Positions 27,327 to 37,059 of a DNA stretch of 64,000 bases are shown here, piece after piece (within the stretch, counting starts at the first letter, position 1; each line of letters starts with the position of its first letter). The DNA is from Candidatus Latescibacterota bacterium. Its GTDB lineage: Bacteria; Latescibacterota; UBA2968. A program made the translations under genes and the position numbers. The notes beneath the pieces were generated by a model that was given only the letters and a program-made list of their open reading frames with translations, had not been told where the DNA came from and made no database searches. The DNA lies in assembly GCA_965116885.1 (NCBI GenBank), contig OZ220741.1:3136001-3200000 (forward strand), in the 5' to 3' direction.

Positions 27327-30300
27327 TTAGATTTGTGTCGCGTTTGCGCCGGGATGCCCGTTTTTTCGTTCCGAAAAATGGAAATACACCGTGGCCAGTG
27401 CGGGCACGATCATCATCAGAATCGCCGTTGCAAAGACGATTCCAAATCCCACTGACACGCCTAACGGGATTAAAAACTGCGCCTGAATACTTTGCTCGAG
27501 GATGAGTGGCGTGAAGCCGAGGAAGGTGGTCGCCGAGGTCACAAAAATCGGGCGAAAGCGCTCTTTGGCACCATTGATGATCGCATCTTGTATTGATACT
27601 TCCTCCTTCAACCGCTCGTTGATGAAATCGATCATCACGAGAGAATCATTCACGACGACTCCGCTGAGTCCGATGATTCCCCACATGGACGTAATGCTCA
27701 AATCAAGCCCCATGATCAGGTGGCCCAGGATGGCGCCGACGAGCCCGAAGGGGATGACGGCCATGATGATGAGGGGTTTGGTGTAGGAACCAAGAGGAAT
27801 CGCCAGCAACGCATATATCACCAGCAAAGCAAGGACCAGGCCGCGCCCGAGTGCGTCGAAGGATTCGAGTTGTTGCTGCTGCTCGCCTCCGAACGTATAG
27901 GTGAGGCCCGGGTGAATGTTCGCGAGATCAGGGAGGATCGTACTTGTGAGGATGTTGGTCACCTCCTCCCCCGTGATCACGGCAGGATCTACATCTGCAG
28001 TGACGATGACAACGCGCTGGCCGTTTTTCCGCCGAATTGACGAGGGTGAATCGCTCAAATTTACGGAAGCAACACGGCTCAGAGGCACTTCGGCTCCGGC
28101 CGGTGTACGGATCAGATAGCCCTCGACATCAGCGATTGCGTCTCGTTCCACCGCGGGAAGGCGCACGTACACACGCACATCTTCCTTGCCCCGTTGCACT
28201 CGAAGTGCTTCGTTGCCGAAGAACGCAGATCGCACCTGCCGGGCCAGTCCATCGAGCGTGAGACCGAGCGTTCGTGCTTCTGGCCGCAACTCAAGCTGGA
28301 TCTCCTGAAGGCCAGCGGCATGATCCGATTGAACATCGAAGACCCCCTGGAACCCGAGGAGACTTTCCACCACCGCGTCACCGATTGAACCGAGACGATC
28401 GGGGTCCGGATGGGAAAGCTCGATCTGGACAGAAGAGCCTAAGTCGATCAGATCTGCGGAGAACGTGAGGCTGCGAGCTACTGGTACAATGCCGACCTCT
28501 TCCCGCCATGCCTGTAGAAAGTCGCCCGAGGTAATATCCCTCCGCTCAGTTGGCTGCAGCTTGAACTCCACAGCGGCGATATGGGCCTGCGGCTTCAGGC
28601 TGGGTTCCTGTGCGATGCCTCCTCCGACCATCTGAGGTCTTGCGCCGACGGTCAAGTTCACCCCGACCACCAGCGGCTCGACATTCTCGGGCTGTCCTGC
28701 AGACAGCCGATTGATGGCCCGATGTCCCGCAGCTTCGATTTCCCTGGCCAGTCCGCCAGTCCGCTGAGCTAGCGTTCCTTCCGGCATTTCGAGGTTGGCC
28801 GTCACGATGTCGGCCTCAACAGGTTCGTTCAAGATCATTCCAATGATTCCCGCGGGGATCAGGGCGACGCAGAGAATGATCATTCCTACGCCACTTGCGA
28901 TCACCACGGCAGGTTGGCCTGTAGCCAGCCGTAGTATCCGGTCCAGGGGGCCTGCCACGAAGCGCTTCAACTCCCTATCCACGCGGTATTGGATGCGAGA
29001 GAAGAAGCGATCGAAGGGGTTGTTCGGTTTCCACTCAGGACCTGGCAAGTGGGACAAGTGATTTGGCAAGATCAACAGTGATTCCATCAGGGAAATCAAG
29101 AGTACGGTGATCAAGATCACCGGAACCGGACCCATCATACGTCCGATTGGCCCGGGTAGGAAAAGGAGAGGTGTGAAAGCAGCCACTGTCGTGAGGACTG
29201 CGAAGATCACAGGTCCCTTGATCCGTTGGGTACCGCGGATCGCCGCGAGGACCCCTGCCGTGCCCTTCTGCCGTTCGGCATGGATATACTCGGCCACGAC
29301 GATGGCGTCATCCACCACGATGCCAACTGCGAGAATGAAAGCGAATAGGGAGATCGTGTTGATGGAGACATTGAGGATCAGCATGACTGCCAACGCGCCA
29401 ACAAAGGAAATGCCAATTCCGGCGGCGACCCACAGGGCAAGCCGAATTTGTAGAAAGAGGGTTAGAGATACGAGGACAAGCATCAGCCCCAGAAAGCCGT
29501 TTTTGAGGAGCAGGTTGAGTCGGTCCTCGTAGATATCCGCGTCGTTATTCCAGATCTCTATCGTTACACCAGTGGGAAGCGAGGGGATCACGTACAGGTG
29601 CAAGTGTTCTTCTATGGCCTCCACGACATCCAGCACTTGTTCCCCTTCGGACCGGTACACCTCCACGAACGCGGCTCGCTGCCCGTTGTAGCGGGTGATC
29701 ATATCTATATCCTGGAAGCCATCGCGCACTTTGGCGATGTCGCCCAGACGAACCAGCGTACCGTCATCCCGGCTCAAGACTACGATATCCTCAAAATCCT
29801 GCTGGTCATAGTTCCGGCCCGTAGTTCGGACCCGCACTTCTGCATCCCTCGTCTCGATTCTGCCGGCTGATAGCTCAAGGGATTCGTTGCGAACTTCCCG
29901 CGAAATGTCCTCAAGGGTCAGTCTCAGAGCCTGCAGCCGGCGGAGAGGCACTTCGATCGAGATCTCGTAGTTGCGTACGCCACTCGTCTCGACATAAGAG
30001 ACCTCGGAAAGGGAGGAGAATTCGTCCTCAATTCGGTGGGCCAGTTCCTTGAGCGTGCGCTCGGATACGTCCCCGTAAAGAACCAGACGCATCACGCTCT
30101 GGCGATTAGTCATCTGTCTGATTTCTGGGCGCTCGGCCCCGATGGGAAAGGTCTGGATTCGGCTGATCGCAGACTCAATATCGTCCAGTGCACGGCTGAT
30201 GTTTGTGCCGATCTTCAATTCTGCCATGACGGATGCGTAGCCCTCCGTCGCGATAGCCGTGACCTCTTTCACTTCTTCAAGTGTTTCGACATGTTCCTCG

Positions 30301-30533
30301 ATCTTGAGGACAATCGACTCTTCCACTTCATCCGGGGTGGCGCCGGGGTAGGGCACCGATATCTCGATGTGGTCGAAAGAAAGCACTGGGAACGCTTCCT
30401 GCACCAGGCTATTCATCGAGATGAGTCCCGCCACCAGTATAAAGACCATCAGAAGATTGGCGGCGACGCCGTTCCTGACCATATAAGCTATGAGACCGCG
30501 CTGTTCTTGAGCGGAAATGTCGTCCTGGCTCAC
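27327..30533 (-). CDS. RND efflux transporter permease (AcrB family)
   Basis: 1068 aa; NGVAANLLM, GIVVDDAIVV, GVVVNDSLV, RFRPIFVTS. Confidence 0.93.
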   Translation of the reverse strand: MSQDDISAQEQRGLIAYMVRNGVAANLLMVFILVAGLISMNSLVQEAFPVLSFDHIEISVPYPGATPDEVEESIVLKIEEHVETLEEVKEVTAIATEGYASVMAELKIGTNISRALDDIESAISRIQTFPIGAERPEIRQMTNRQSVMRLVLYGDVSERTLKELAHRIEDEFSSLSEVSYVETSGVRNYEISIEVPLRRLQALRLTLEDISREVRNESLELSAGRIETRDAEVRVRTTGRNYDQQDFEDIVVLSRDDGTLVRLGDIAKVRDGFQDIDMITRYNGQRAAFVEVYRSEGEQVLDVVEAIEEHLHLYVIPSLPTGVTIEIWNNDADIYEDRLNLLLKNGFLGLMLVLVSLTLFLQIRLALWVAAGIGISFVGALAVMLILNVSINTISLFAFILAVGIVVDDAIVVAEYIHAERQKGTAGVLAAIRGTQRIKGPVIFAVLTTVAAFTPLLFLPGPIGRMMGPVPVILITVLLISLMESLLILPNHLSHLPGPEWKPNNPFDRFFSRIQYRVDRELKRFVAGPLDRILRLATGQPAVVIASGVGMIILCVALIPAGIIGMILNEPVEADIVTANLEMPEGTLAQRTGGLAREIEAAGHRAINRLSAGQPENVEPLVVGVNLTVGARPQMVGGGIAQEPSLKPQAHIAAVEFKLQPTERRDITSGDFLQAWREEVGIVPVARSLTFSADLIDLGSSVQIELSHPDPDRLGSIGDAVVESLLGFQGVFDVQSDHAAGLQEIQLELRPEARTLGLTLDGLARQVRSAFFGNEALRVQRGKEDVRVYVRLPAVERDAIADVEGYLIRTPAGAEVPLSRVASVNLSDSPSSIRRKNGQRVVIVTADVDPAVITGEEVTNILTSTILPDLANIHPGLTYTFGGEQQQQLESFDALGRGLVLALLVIYALLAIPLGSYTKPLIIMAVIPFGLVGAILGHLIMGLDLSITSMWGIIGLSGVVVNDSLVMIDFINERLKEEVSIQDAIINGAKERFRPIFVTSATTFLGFTPLILEQSIQAQFLIPLGVSVGFGIVFATAILMMIVPALATVYFHFSERKNGHPGANATQI

Positions 30534-31723
30534 GGATCTCCTCCATCCGCAATTCGCACCGACATGCCTTCCGTGGCGATCTGAATCCCACCCACGACGA
30601 CAGGTTGGCCCGCTTCGAGTGCTCCGATCACGAATACCTCATCGCCGGAACGTTGTAGGATGCGTACCGGGACTATAGTCACAGTGCTATTGCGTATCGC
30701 CCAGACTTCGTTGCCAGTCCTGAGCGCCGGGGGAGGCACTCTGTAATACCTATCTGGAGCGATTCCCTGAATTTGCACTTCCACGAACTTACCCACGAGA
30801 AGAGGCGGGACAGAACCCATGTCTGCCGCCTCGACCTGGGTCCCGCTCGTGAAAGGATCCGGAACGCGCACGATTACGTCGATGGTCCGCGTCTGTTTGT
30901 CCAGGGATGCCTCCGCCCGATCCACATAGCCTTTCCAGGCGTAGCTTCTATTACCGTATTCAGCTATGACACGAGCCTTGACCCGCCTATCTCCGTCGCC
31001 CGCTTCCAGCTTCCAAAGGTCGGGAATAAGGGCCGTATTGGCATCGGAGAGGGGAACCACCACCTCTACTGTATTGGTCGCATAAAGTCGCCCTACACTC
31101 TGACCGGCTACCACAAACTGCCCCATATCTATCGATTCTGCCTGCACGACACCTCTGAAAGGCGCGCGGACTTTTGTGCGTGCCAAAGCCAACTCGGCAT
31201 CGGCGAGCACAGCACTATCTCTCGCCACTGCGGCTCGGGCTGCCTCGAGCTGAGGCTCCCATAATGCAAGGGGATTGGCCTTGGCTATATCCGTTTGGCT
31301 GCGTCTGAATTGGGCGTACTCAGCGCGTGCGATCTGGGCTTCTTCATTCGTCCGGAGGAGTGCGACATGCTGTGCGACCACGTTGGCGCGGGCTTGCTTT
31401 ACTCTGTTGCGGTAGTCGGCGTCATTGATGCGAAAGAGAATTTGTCCCTTGCGGACTCGTCCACCGCTCTGAAAGGTAGGAGCGACCCAGATAATCTTAC
31501 CGTTGATTTCGGCGGCGACATCTATCTCTGCGACGGGCCGAACCGTTCCTGCCCCGTACACAGGGATGGCACCGGTACCGGCTATTACGGGAGTTGTGAC
31601 TGCGAAGGGAATTTGGGAGGGAAGAGGCCGGAGTTCTGGCTCGGGCCTTAACCAGACCATAAACCCGGCAAAAAACAGGGATATGAGGAGGATAGCACCG
31701 GCCGGGAACAAGCGTCGATTCAT
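30530..31723 (-). CDS. RND efflux periplasmic adaptor (membrane fusion protein)
   Basis: N-terminal TM helix, lipoyl-type AEINGKI and RTKVRAPFRGVV segments, DKQTRT. Confidence 0.92.
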   Translation of the reverse strand: MNRRLFPAGAILLISLFFAGFMVWLRPEPELRPLPSQIPFAVTTPVIAGTGAIPVYGAGTVRPVAEIDVAAEINGKIIWVAPTFQSGGRVRKGQILFRINDADYRNRVKQARANVVAQHVALLRTNEEAQIARAEYAQFRRSQTDIAKANPLALWEPQLEAARAAVARDSAVLADAELALARTKVRAPFRGVVQAESIDMGQFVVAGQSVGRLYATNTVEVVVPLSDANTALIPDLWKLEAGDGDRRVKARVIAEYGNRSYAWKGYVDRAEASLDKQTRTIDVIVRVPDPFTSGTQVEAADMGSVPPLLVGKFVEVQIQGIAPDRYYRVPPPALRTGNEVWAIRNSTVTIVPVRILQRSGDEVFVIGALEAGQPVVVGGIQIATEGMSVRIADGGDP

Positions 31724-31757
31724 CTCTTATCTCTCTTGGCTCATAGCGGTCGATGGG

Positions 31758-32936
31758 CTACCATTCTTGCGTTTCATCTTCGTCGTGGAGTGCCGTCGGT
31801 AGCTTGTATGAAATTTCATACTTGCCCAAATTCGACGTTTTCAGGATGATGTCGAAATGGGTGAAATCATGATGGTGAAACCAGCGCAGGTATAGCTTCT
31901 GAAGTACCCGCTCTACACGGTACTTTAATCGCATAAACGGAAGTATCCGAATTCGTTTCCCAGCTGGGAACCTGAATAAATCGGCCATATAGTTGCCGAT
32001 TAACTCCCGGGATACTTGATAAAACGACTCTGCTTTCGCGCCGCGCTCCCTGGGTTCAGTGAATCCCAATACGATGGGTGCACTATTGATAATGCTATTT
32101 GCCATGATGATTTCATCGTCCTCCGGCAGAGGTTCGCATAATACTCCGATCACAAACGCTCGGCAGGCCGATGCTTCGTCGTGGAACATGATTGCATCGG
32201 GTATCCCCATGACCAACCCGGCATATCTCCAGACGTGAACGTAGGCTTCGCGTTCCTTTGCATTGAAGTCGCCGCCAAGGCGTTCGACGTGCTGCATGAG
32301 ACGTCCGGAGAAGGCTGCGGCCCCGAGCAACATATGCGCTGCACTGAGCGGCATTCCATACGTTGTCTCGTCCCATTCATCCGAGTCCTTAATCAGCCTT
32401 CTCGACTGTGCATGCACAAGGCGGATTCGAAGATTCAGTTTCCAACCATCGCCTCCGGGATACAGTCCACCAGGTATAAACTGTTCCAATAGATGCAGGT
32501 TATTTTGCTTGAGCCGGCGAACGCCGTGTCCGATGATTCGGCCCCTGATGAGAAACGACTTGCTGATTAACGTGGAAAAACCCTCTACGATGGCACCGGT
32601 TGCCAGGCCTGCCAGAATTATTTCCGGGTTGCGAAGAAATGCCTCAGTGGCTATCAGGGCAATGTCTTGATCAAACCAGTCTGGGATGACTGCCGCCTCG
32701 GCGATGAGCGTTCTCAGAGATTCGGGCGTGTTTTTCGGCAGATTTTCATGATTATTAAGTGCCGCGCTTATGATCCTGTTTATTTGTTCAGGGGGGGTAC
32801 TCTCCACTAGTTCCTCAACCACCCGATCCGCCAAAGGATCCCCGACAGTCGTATGGCGGATATAGGCCTCCGCGAACTCGGGATCTCTACGCCGGGCCGC
32901 ATTGTATCCATTGACATAAGATGCTGGAATTTCCAT
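31758..32936 (-). CDS. MpaB/rubber oxygenase (Lcp)-like DUF2236 heme oxygenase, paralog 2
   Basis: GDPLAD, PDWFD, RRLKQN, LRIRLVHAQ, WD..YGMPL, WRYAGLVMGI; colinear with 20045-21226. Confidence 0.85.
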   Translation of the reverse strand: MEIPASYVNGYNAARRRDPEFAEAYIRHTTVGDPLADRVVEELVESTPPEQINRIISAALNNHENLPKNTPESLRTLIAEAAVIPDWFDQDIALIATEAFLRNPEIILAGLATGAIVEGFSTLISKSFLIRGRIIGHGVRRLKQNNLHLLEQFIPGGLYPGGDGWKLNLRIRLVHAQSRRLIKDSDEWDETTYGMPLSAAHMLLGAAAFSGRLMQHVERLGGDFNAKEREAYVHVWRYAGLVMGIPDAIMFHDEASACRAFVIGVLCEPLPEDDEIIMANSIINSAPIVLGFTEPRERGAKAESFYQVSRELIGNYMADLFRFPAGKRIRILPFMRLKYRVERVLQKLYLRWFHHHDFTHFDIILKTSNLGKYEISYKLPTALHDEDETQEW

Positions 32937-33018
32937 TTCGATTTTTTAGTCTATCTTTCTAATGTCTTTTGGTTGTATGATTTTGGAATTTACTGCCATT
33001 AATAATTATACTCAAAAT

Positions 33019-33056
33019 AGACGATATATAGCCCTAAAGACGATATATAAACCCAA
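33019..33056. promoter_or_regulatory. 19-bp tandem direct repeat in AT-rich upstream region (operator candidate)
   Basis: agacgatatatagccctaa / agacgatatataaacccaa, 83-120 nt upstream of the oxygenase 2 start. Confidence 0.5.
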
Positions 33057-33154
33057 AATATATCATTATTAGTCTAAAAGATCAATTCTAAAAAAATCAG
33101 GTCTCATTTTCCCTTATGAGAGAAGATCAAGTCCTGCACAATCTACAATTACAT

Positions 33155-33196
33155 TAAAAACACCCCCGCCCAGAATGGCCAGGCGGGGGTTTGTTT
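33155..33196 (-). terminator. Rho-independent terminator downstream of the sulfatase
   Basis: cccccgcc..ggcggggg stem with A/T tracts, 20 nt after the sulfatase stop. Confidence 0.8.
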
Positions 33197-33215
33197 GGTT
33201 GTATAAAAGGGGCGA

Positions 33216-34535
33216 TTACGTCACCACAGGTGACATACCCGGTTCGCCCGCGTGGTATGACGCCAGGCACCAGGGGTCTCGGGTTTCTTTGCGGAAGGTG
33301 CGAACTTTTTGTCGCATGACTTCGGCGATGTCCTGAACCTCCGGGTCGTCGATGATGTTGGTGGATTCCATGGGATCATTTTCGATATCGAAAAGGGCTT
33401 CTGCATCCTGGTGCAAAAATTTTTCCGTGCGGCGTTTGCCCATTTCCAAATTTTCTCTGCGGATGGCCTGCCAGGTGGGCGAGGCCCACAGGTCACTGGG
33501 CAAAGGGGTGGTGATTTCGGGATAGAGATTGCGCACGTATTTGTATTTGCGTCCACGCAGTACCCGATAGGGGTAGTAATTGGTGACTTCGTGGAAGGTG
33601 TGGGAAAAGAAGGTTTCGTCAAATCCCTCGGGATGTGCTTCGCCGAGGATGGGGACGAGGGATTTTTCAGGTAGCCCTTCGGGAGCTTCAACGCCACACC
33701 ATTCAAAGACGGTGGGGGCGATGTTGTTCCAGTTGACGAGGGCGTCGCTGACAACAGCTGCGGCATCTGGGCGCGCAATGATGAGCGGACAGTGGTGACC
33801 CGTGTCAAAAGAAGAGGCTTTGCCGCCGGGAAAGGGCATGCCGTGATCGCTCATGACGATGATCAGGGTATCCTCGGCACGACCAGCGTCTTGAAGTGCC
33901 TGCACAGCCATGCCTATGCCGGTGTCGAGGCGAGAGACGGATTGGTAGTATTCGGCAAATTCTCGTCGAACATCTGGATGGTCGGGCAAAAAGTCGGGAA
34001 CGATGACTTCGTCTGGGGAGTATGTGACTTCGGGAACGCCGGGATAGGTTTGTTTGTTGCCGAAGTCACGGTGAGGATCGGAATAACCGACGTGTAGATA
34101 GAATGGCTGGTCGCTGTCAATGGTTTCAAAGAATTTTGAGATGTTGTCTGCAATACCGCGCACATTGCGCCCACCACCAGCTTCGTAGTTCCAGGGATAG
34201 ACAGATTCGGGTTGGACGTGGAGTTTGCCGACAACGCCGGTTGTGAATCCGGCGGATTGTAGGGTTTTGGGAATTGACGGCATGTTGAGTTGTGTGTGGA
34301 AGTTGTGGATGCTATGCGAGTGACCGTATTGTCCGTGCGTGTGGCTGTAGTGCCCGGTGAGCAGGTTGGCGCGGCTGGCCGCACACGATGGGGTGGTGCA
34401 AAAGGCGTGCTTAAATAAGGTGCCCCGCGCGGCAAGGGCATCTACGCTGGGCATTTTGATAATATTATTGCCATAACATCCGGCAATGGGACTCCAATCG
34501 TCGGCAATGAGTAAGAGGACGTTGCGATAGGACAT
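33216..34535 (-). CDS. Sulfatase (N-sulfoglucosamine sulfohydrolase-like)
   Basis: NVLLLIADD, SCAASR, GKLHV, DPHR, SDHG, HTFHEVTNYYP. Confidence 0.9.
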   Translation of the reverse strand: MSYRNVLLLIADDWSPIAGCYGNNIIKMPSVDALAARGTLFKHAFCTTPSCAASRANLLTGHYSHTHGQYGHSHSIHNFHTQLNMPSIPKTLQSAGFTTGVVGKLHVQPESVYPWNYEAGGGRNVRGIADNISKFFETIDSDQPFYLHVGYSDPHRDFGNKQTYPGVPEVTYSPDEVIVPDFLPDHPDVRREFAEYYQSVSRLDTGIGMAVQALQDAGRAEDTLIIVMSDHGMPFPGGKASSFDTGHHCPLIIARPDAAAVVSDALVNWNNIAPTVFEWCGVEAPEGLPEKSLVPILGEAHPEGFDETFFSHTFHEVTNYYPYRVLRGRKYKYVRNLYPEITTPLPSDLWASPTWQAIRRENLEMGKRRTEKFLHQDAEALFDIENDPMESTNIIDDPEVQDIAEVMRQKVRTFRKETRDPWCLASYHAGEPGMSPVVT

Positions 34536-34546
34536 AAGATCTCCTT

Positions 34547-35863
34547 TTAATTTCTTATTGAACTGTTGTCGCGTTTTCGCTCATCGGCTATTTGTTCGAG
34601 CATGCGATGCACGCGGTCGAGTTGTGTAGATGTTATATTTGCCGTTTCGTAAGGATCGGAACCGATGTGAAAAAGTTCGGTTTCTTCGGGGGTTTGGCCT
34701 TCTTCGTAGATCAATTTCCAATTGCCCGTTCGCATGCCAAAGGACGATCCTCTAAAATTCCAGAAGATAGACCGTTCTTCGGGTATAGCGATGTCGCCCG
34801 TGAGCAGGGGCCAGATGTCTTGGCCATCCCATTGGGGATCGCTGTTGGGCGTATAGTCAATGAGATTGGTCAGGGTTGGCATCCAGTCGGTTATGTGCAA
34901 GGGGTGAAAGCATTTGCCGGGTTGCAGATGAAAAGGCCAATTAATCAGGGATGGCGTGCGAATGCCGCCTTCGTAGAGTTGAGATTTTTGACCTCGCAGG
35001 GGCAAATTGCAGCCCAGGCGCGGCATGTCTTCGTGTCGGCCCGGGTATTTGTCCGTGTCGTGAAGGGGACCGGCAGGGATGGCACCGTTGTCCGATGAGA
35101 AGATGATGATGGTGTTTTCGCGCTGGCAGGTGCGGGCAAGGGTCTCGACGAGTTGACCGATGGCGTGATCCATCTGGCTGGCGTACGCGGCATAGGTTTT
35201 GAATGAGCGGTCTTTGTTGTCGTCGAGGTCGTAGCGCCGGTCTGAATAGCGGTCTATCCAGTGTTGCGGCGCTTTGATGGGGGTATGAACAGCGGTGAAA
35301 GGAACATAGCAAAACCAGGGACCTGTTTGCGCTTCGATCCACCGGGTGGCTTCCCGAGCGATGAGGTCGGTGACGTGGCCGCGTTCTTCAATGAGTTCGC
35401 CATTGCGGTGCCAGGTGACGCTGAATGGTCCCGATTTGTAGCGGTGGTTATACGGGTCAACGCCGCCGGCAAGGCTTCCATAAGCGGCATTGAAACCAAA
35501 TTGGTTGGGGCCGTATTCGGGAGAAGATCCCAGATGCCATTTTCCAAAGAGGCCGGTTTCGTAGCCCGCATTGCGGAAGGAGGAGGCCAGTGTTTCATAG
35601 CCATCTGGGAGGACGGGAGCGTTGGAGGGGACGGTGGCGTGGCGTCCAAAGCGACCGGGATGGCGGCCCGTTAGGAGACAGGTGCGAGTGGGAGTACACA
35701 TGGGACAGACGTAGTGCTGGTCGAGTTCGATTCCCGTGGCTGCGAGGCGGTCGATATTGGGCGTGCGAATGTGTGAGCCGTGATAGCTGACGTCACCCCA
35801 GCCCATGTCGTCGGCGAGGATGAAGAGAATATTGGGTTTTTCAATTTTTCCAGATTTGGTCAT
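34547..35863 (-). CDS. Arylsulfatase (B-like)
   Basis: PNILFILADDMG, CTPTR, GKWHLG, SDNG, LRGQK, YEGGIR. Start moved to MTKSG. Confidence 0.9.
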   Translation of the reverse strand: MTKSGKIEKPNILFILADDMGWGDVSYHGSHIRTPNIDRLAATGIELDQHYVCPMCTPTRTCLLTGRHPGRFGRHATVPSNAPVLPDGYETLASSFRNAGYETGLFGKWHLGSSPEYGPNQFGFNAAYGSLAGGVDPYNHRYKSGPFSVTWHRNGELIEERGHVTDLIAREATRWIEAQTGPWFCYVPFTAVHTPIKAPQHWIDRYSDRRYDLDDNKDRSFKTYAAYASQMDHAIGQLVETLARTCQRENTIIIFSSDNGAIPAGPLHDTDKYPGRHEDMPRLGCNLPLRGQKSQLYEGGIRTPSLINWPFHLQPGKCFHPLHITDWMPTLTNLIDYTPNSDPQWDGQDIWPLLTGDIAIPEERSIFWNFRGSSFGMRTGNWKLIYEEGQTPEETELFHIGSDPYETANITSTQLDRVHRMLEQIADERKRDNSSIRN

Positions 35864-35885
35864 GTCAGGTGTCCTGTTAAATATT

Positions 35886-36293
35886 CTATAAAATCCACTG
35901 TCTGATTTTACCGTTTTCTCTGTGTTTCGCATACCACAATAGCAGGATTATAATTGCGACACCTGTGCCATCCCACACCACATCGGTCCAGACGCCAGTG
36001 CGACTGGGTACAAAGGATTGATGGTATTCGTCCAATATCGCATAGAGAATGGATATCAGGACGCTCCACAATACACAGGGGGCAAATCGGTTCTTTGTCC
36101 ATAGAGATCGGAAACACAGATAGGTCAGAATAGCATATTCTGCTATGTGGGCAAATTTGCGTACGGCATGGTGTATTCGTTCACTAAAAAAGAAAATTTT
36201 TTCTGTATTCTCGAACGATAGCAGGCCGCTTGAACCAATAAAAATTAAGAGTAGCCAGACAAACAGGGCGATGCGCCAATGCATTGTTGTCAT
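35886..36293 (-). CDS. VanZ family membrane protein
   Basis: RKFAHIAEY, YAILDEYHQSFVPSR, DVVWD. Confidence 0.88.
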   Translation of the reverse strand: MTTMHWRIALFVWLLLIFIGSSGLLSFENTEKIFFFSERIHHAVRKFAHIAEYAILTYLCFRSLWTKNRFAPCVLWSVLISILYAILDEYHQSFVPSRTGVWTDVVWDGTGVAIIILLLWYAKHRENGKIRQWIL

Positions 36294-36306
36294 GTGTTTT
36301 TCCACC

Positions 36307-37047
36307 CTATTGTGCTGTTTTGAGGGCTTGTATCGCGTCGTCGGTGGCGTCAATGACATGGGTACCTGAGGGTACGATAAATTCAAACCATTTGTCTTTG
36401 ACGTCCGGATTGATGCTCAAATTGTGAAAGGTCTGCGTGATGATCTCATTGTTTTCGGCATCAAAAAATCCAACCCGGCGCAACAGACCGTCTTCGGGAT
36501 TGATGAGTAATTGTGCTTTGACAGGGGGATTAGGCAGTTGTGCGTGTAAGAGATTGACTTTGATCTTTGCTTCAAAGACTCGGTGGGGGCGTTCTTCAAA
36601 TATTTCGTCTGCGGTGTAGCGAATGCTCGTCCATTCCAGACCTCTAAAGGGACGCAGGGGGTCGGCCTGGTCTGCATCGGCTTCGAGGTTGGTGATGCGA
36701 TAGACGCGCCCCAGGTTCACTTTGGAGACGATTTTTTCTTCGCGGTCATAGGTCCACATCAGGCCGCCATCCGACAGGCGTTGTGAAATAATCACTTGAT
36801 CTTGTACGGTATCGAGGCGCATCAGGTTGGGGCGTTTAAAGGTTGCGCTGGCATTGAGCGTCAGTTTCTGATCCATTACGCGAATGACTGTGGTCTGTTC
36901 GGCCTTACAGGTGGCGATTTCTCTGGCATTTTTTTGAATTTCGACCATTATTTCATCGGTTTTCCCATCTCCTGTTGACATTTTGTTTTCATTTTCCGCG
37001 CTGACCTGAGCTGTGAGGATCAGCATTGCGACCACCCAGCGTTTCAT
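36307..37047 (-). CDS. LolA-like outer membrane lipoprotein carrier
   Basis: Signal peptide MKRWVVAML..; FKRPNLMR, SDGGLMWTYD, FEFIVPSG; AAGGAG RBS. Confidence 0.8.
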   Translation of the reverse strand: MKRWVVAMLILTAQVSAENENKMSTGDGKTDEIMVEIQKNAREIATCKAEQTTVIRVMDQKLTLNASATFKRPNLMRLDTVQDQVIISQRLSDGGLMWTYDREEKIVSKVNLGRVYRITNLEADADQADPLRPFRGLEWTSIRYTADEIFEERPHRVFEAKIKVNLLHAQLPNPPVKAQLLINPEDGLLRRVGFFDAENNEIITQTFHNLSINPDVKDKWFEFIVPSGTHVIDATDDAIQALKTAQ

Positions 37048-37059
37048 AACTTGCTCCTT

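Noticed and set aside
25794..33154. Autonomous mobile element (ICE, prophage or transposon)
   Set aside because: No integrase, transposase, relaxase or phage gene is present. Reported only as a repeat-bounded cassette.
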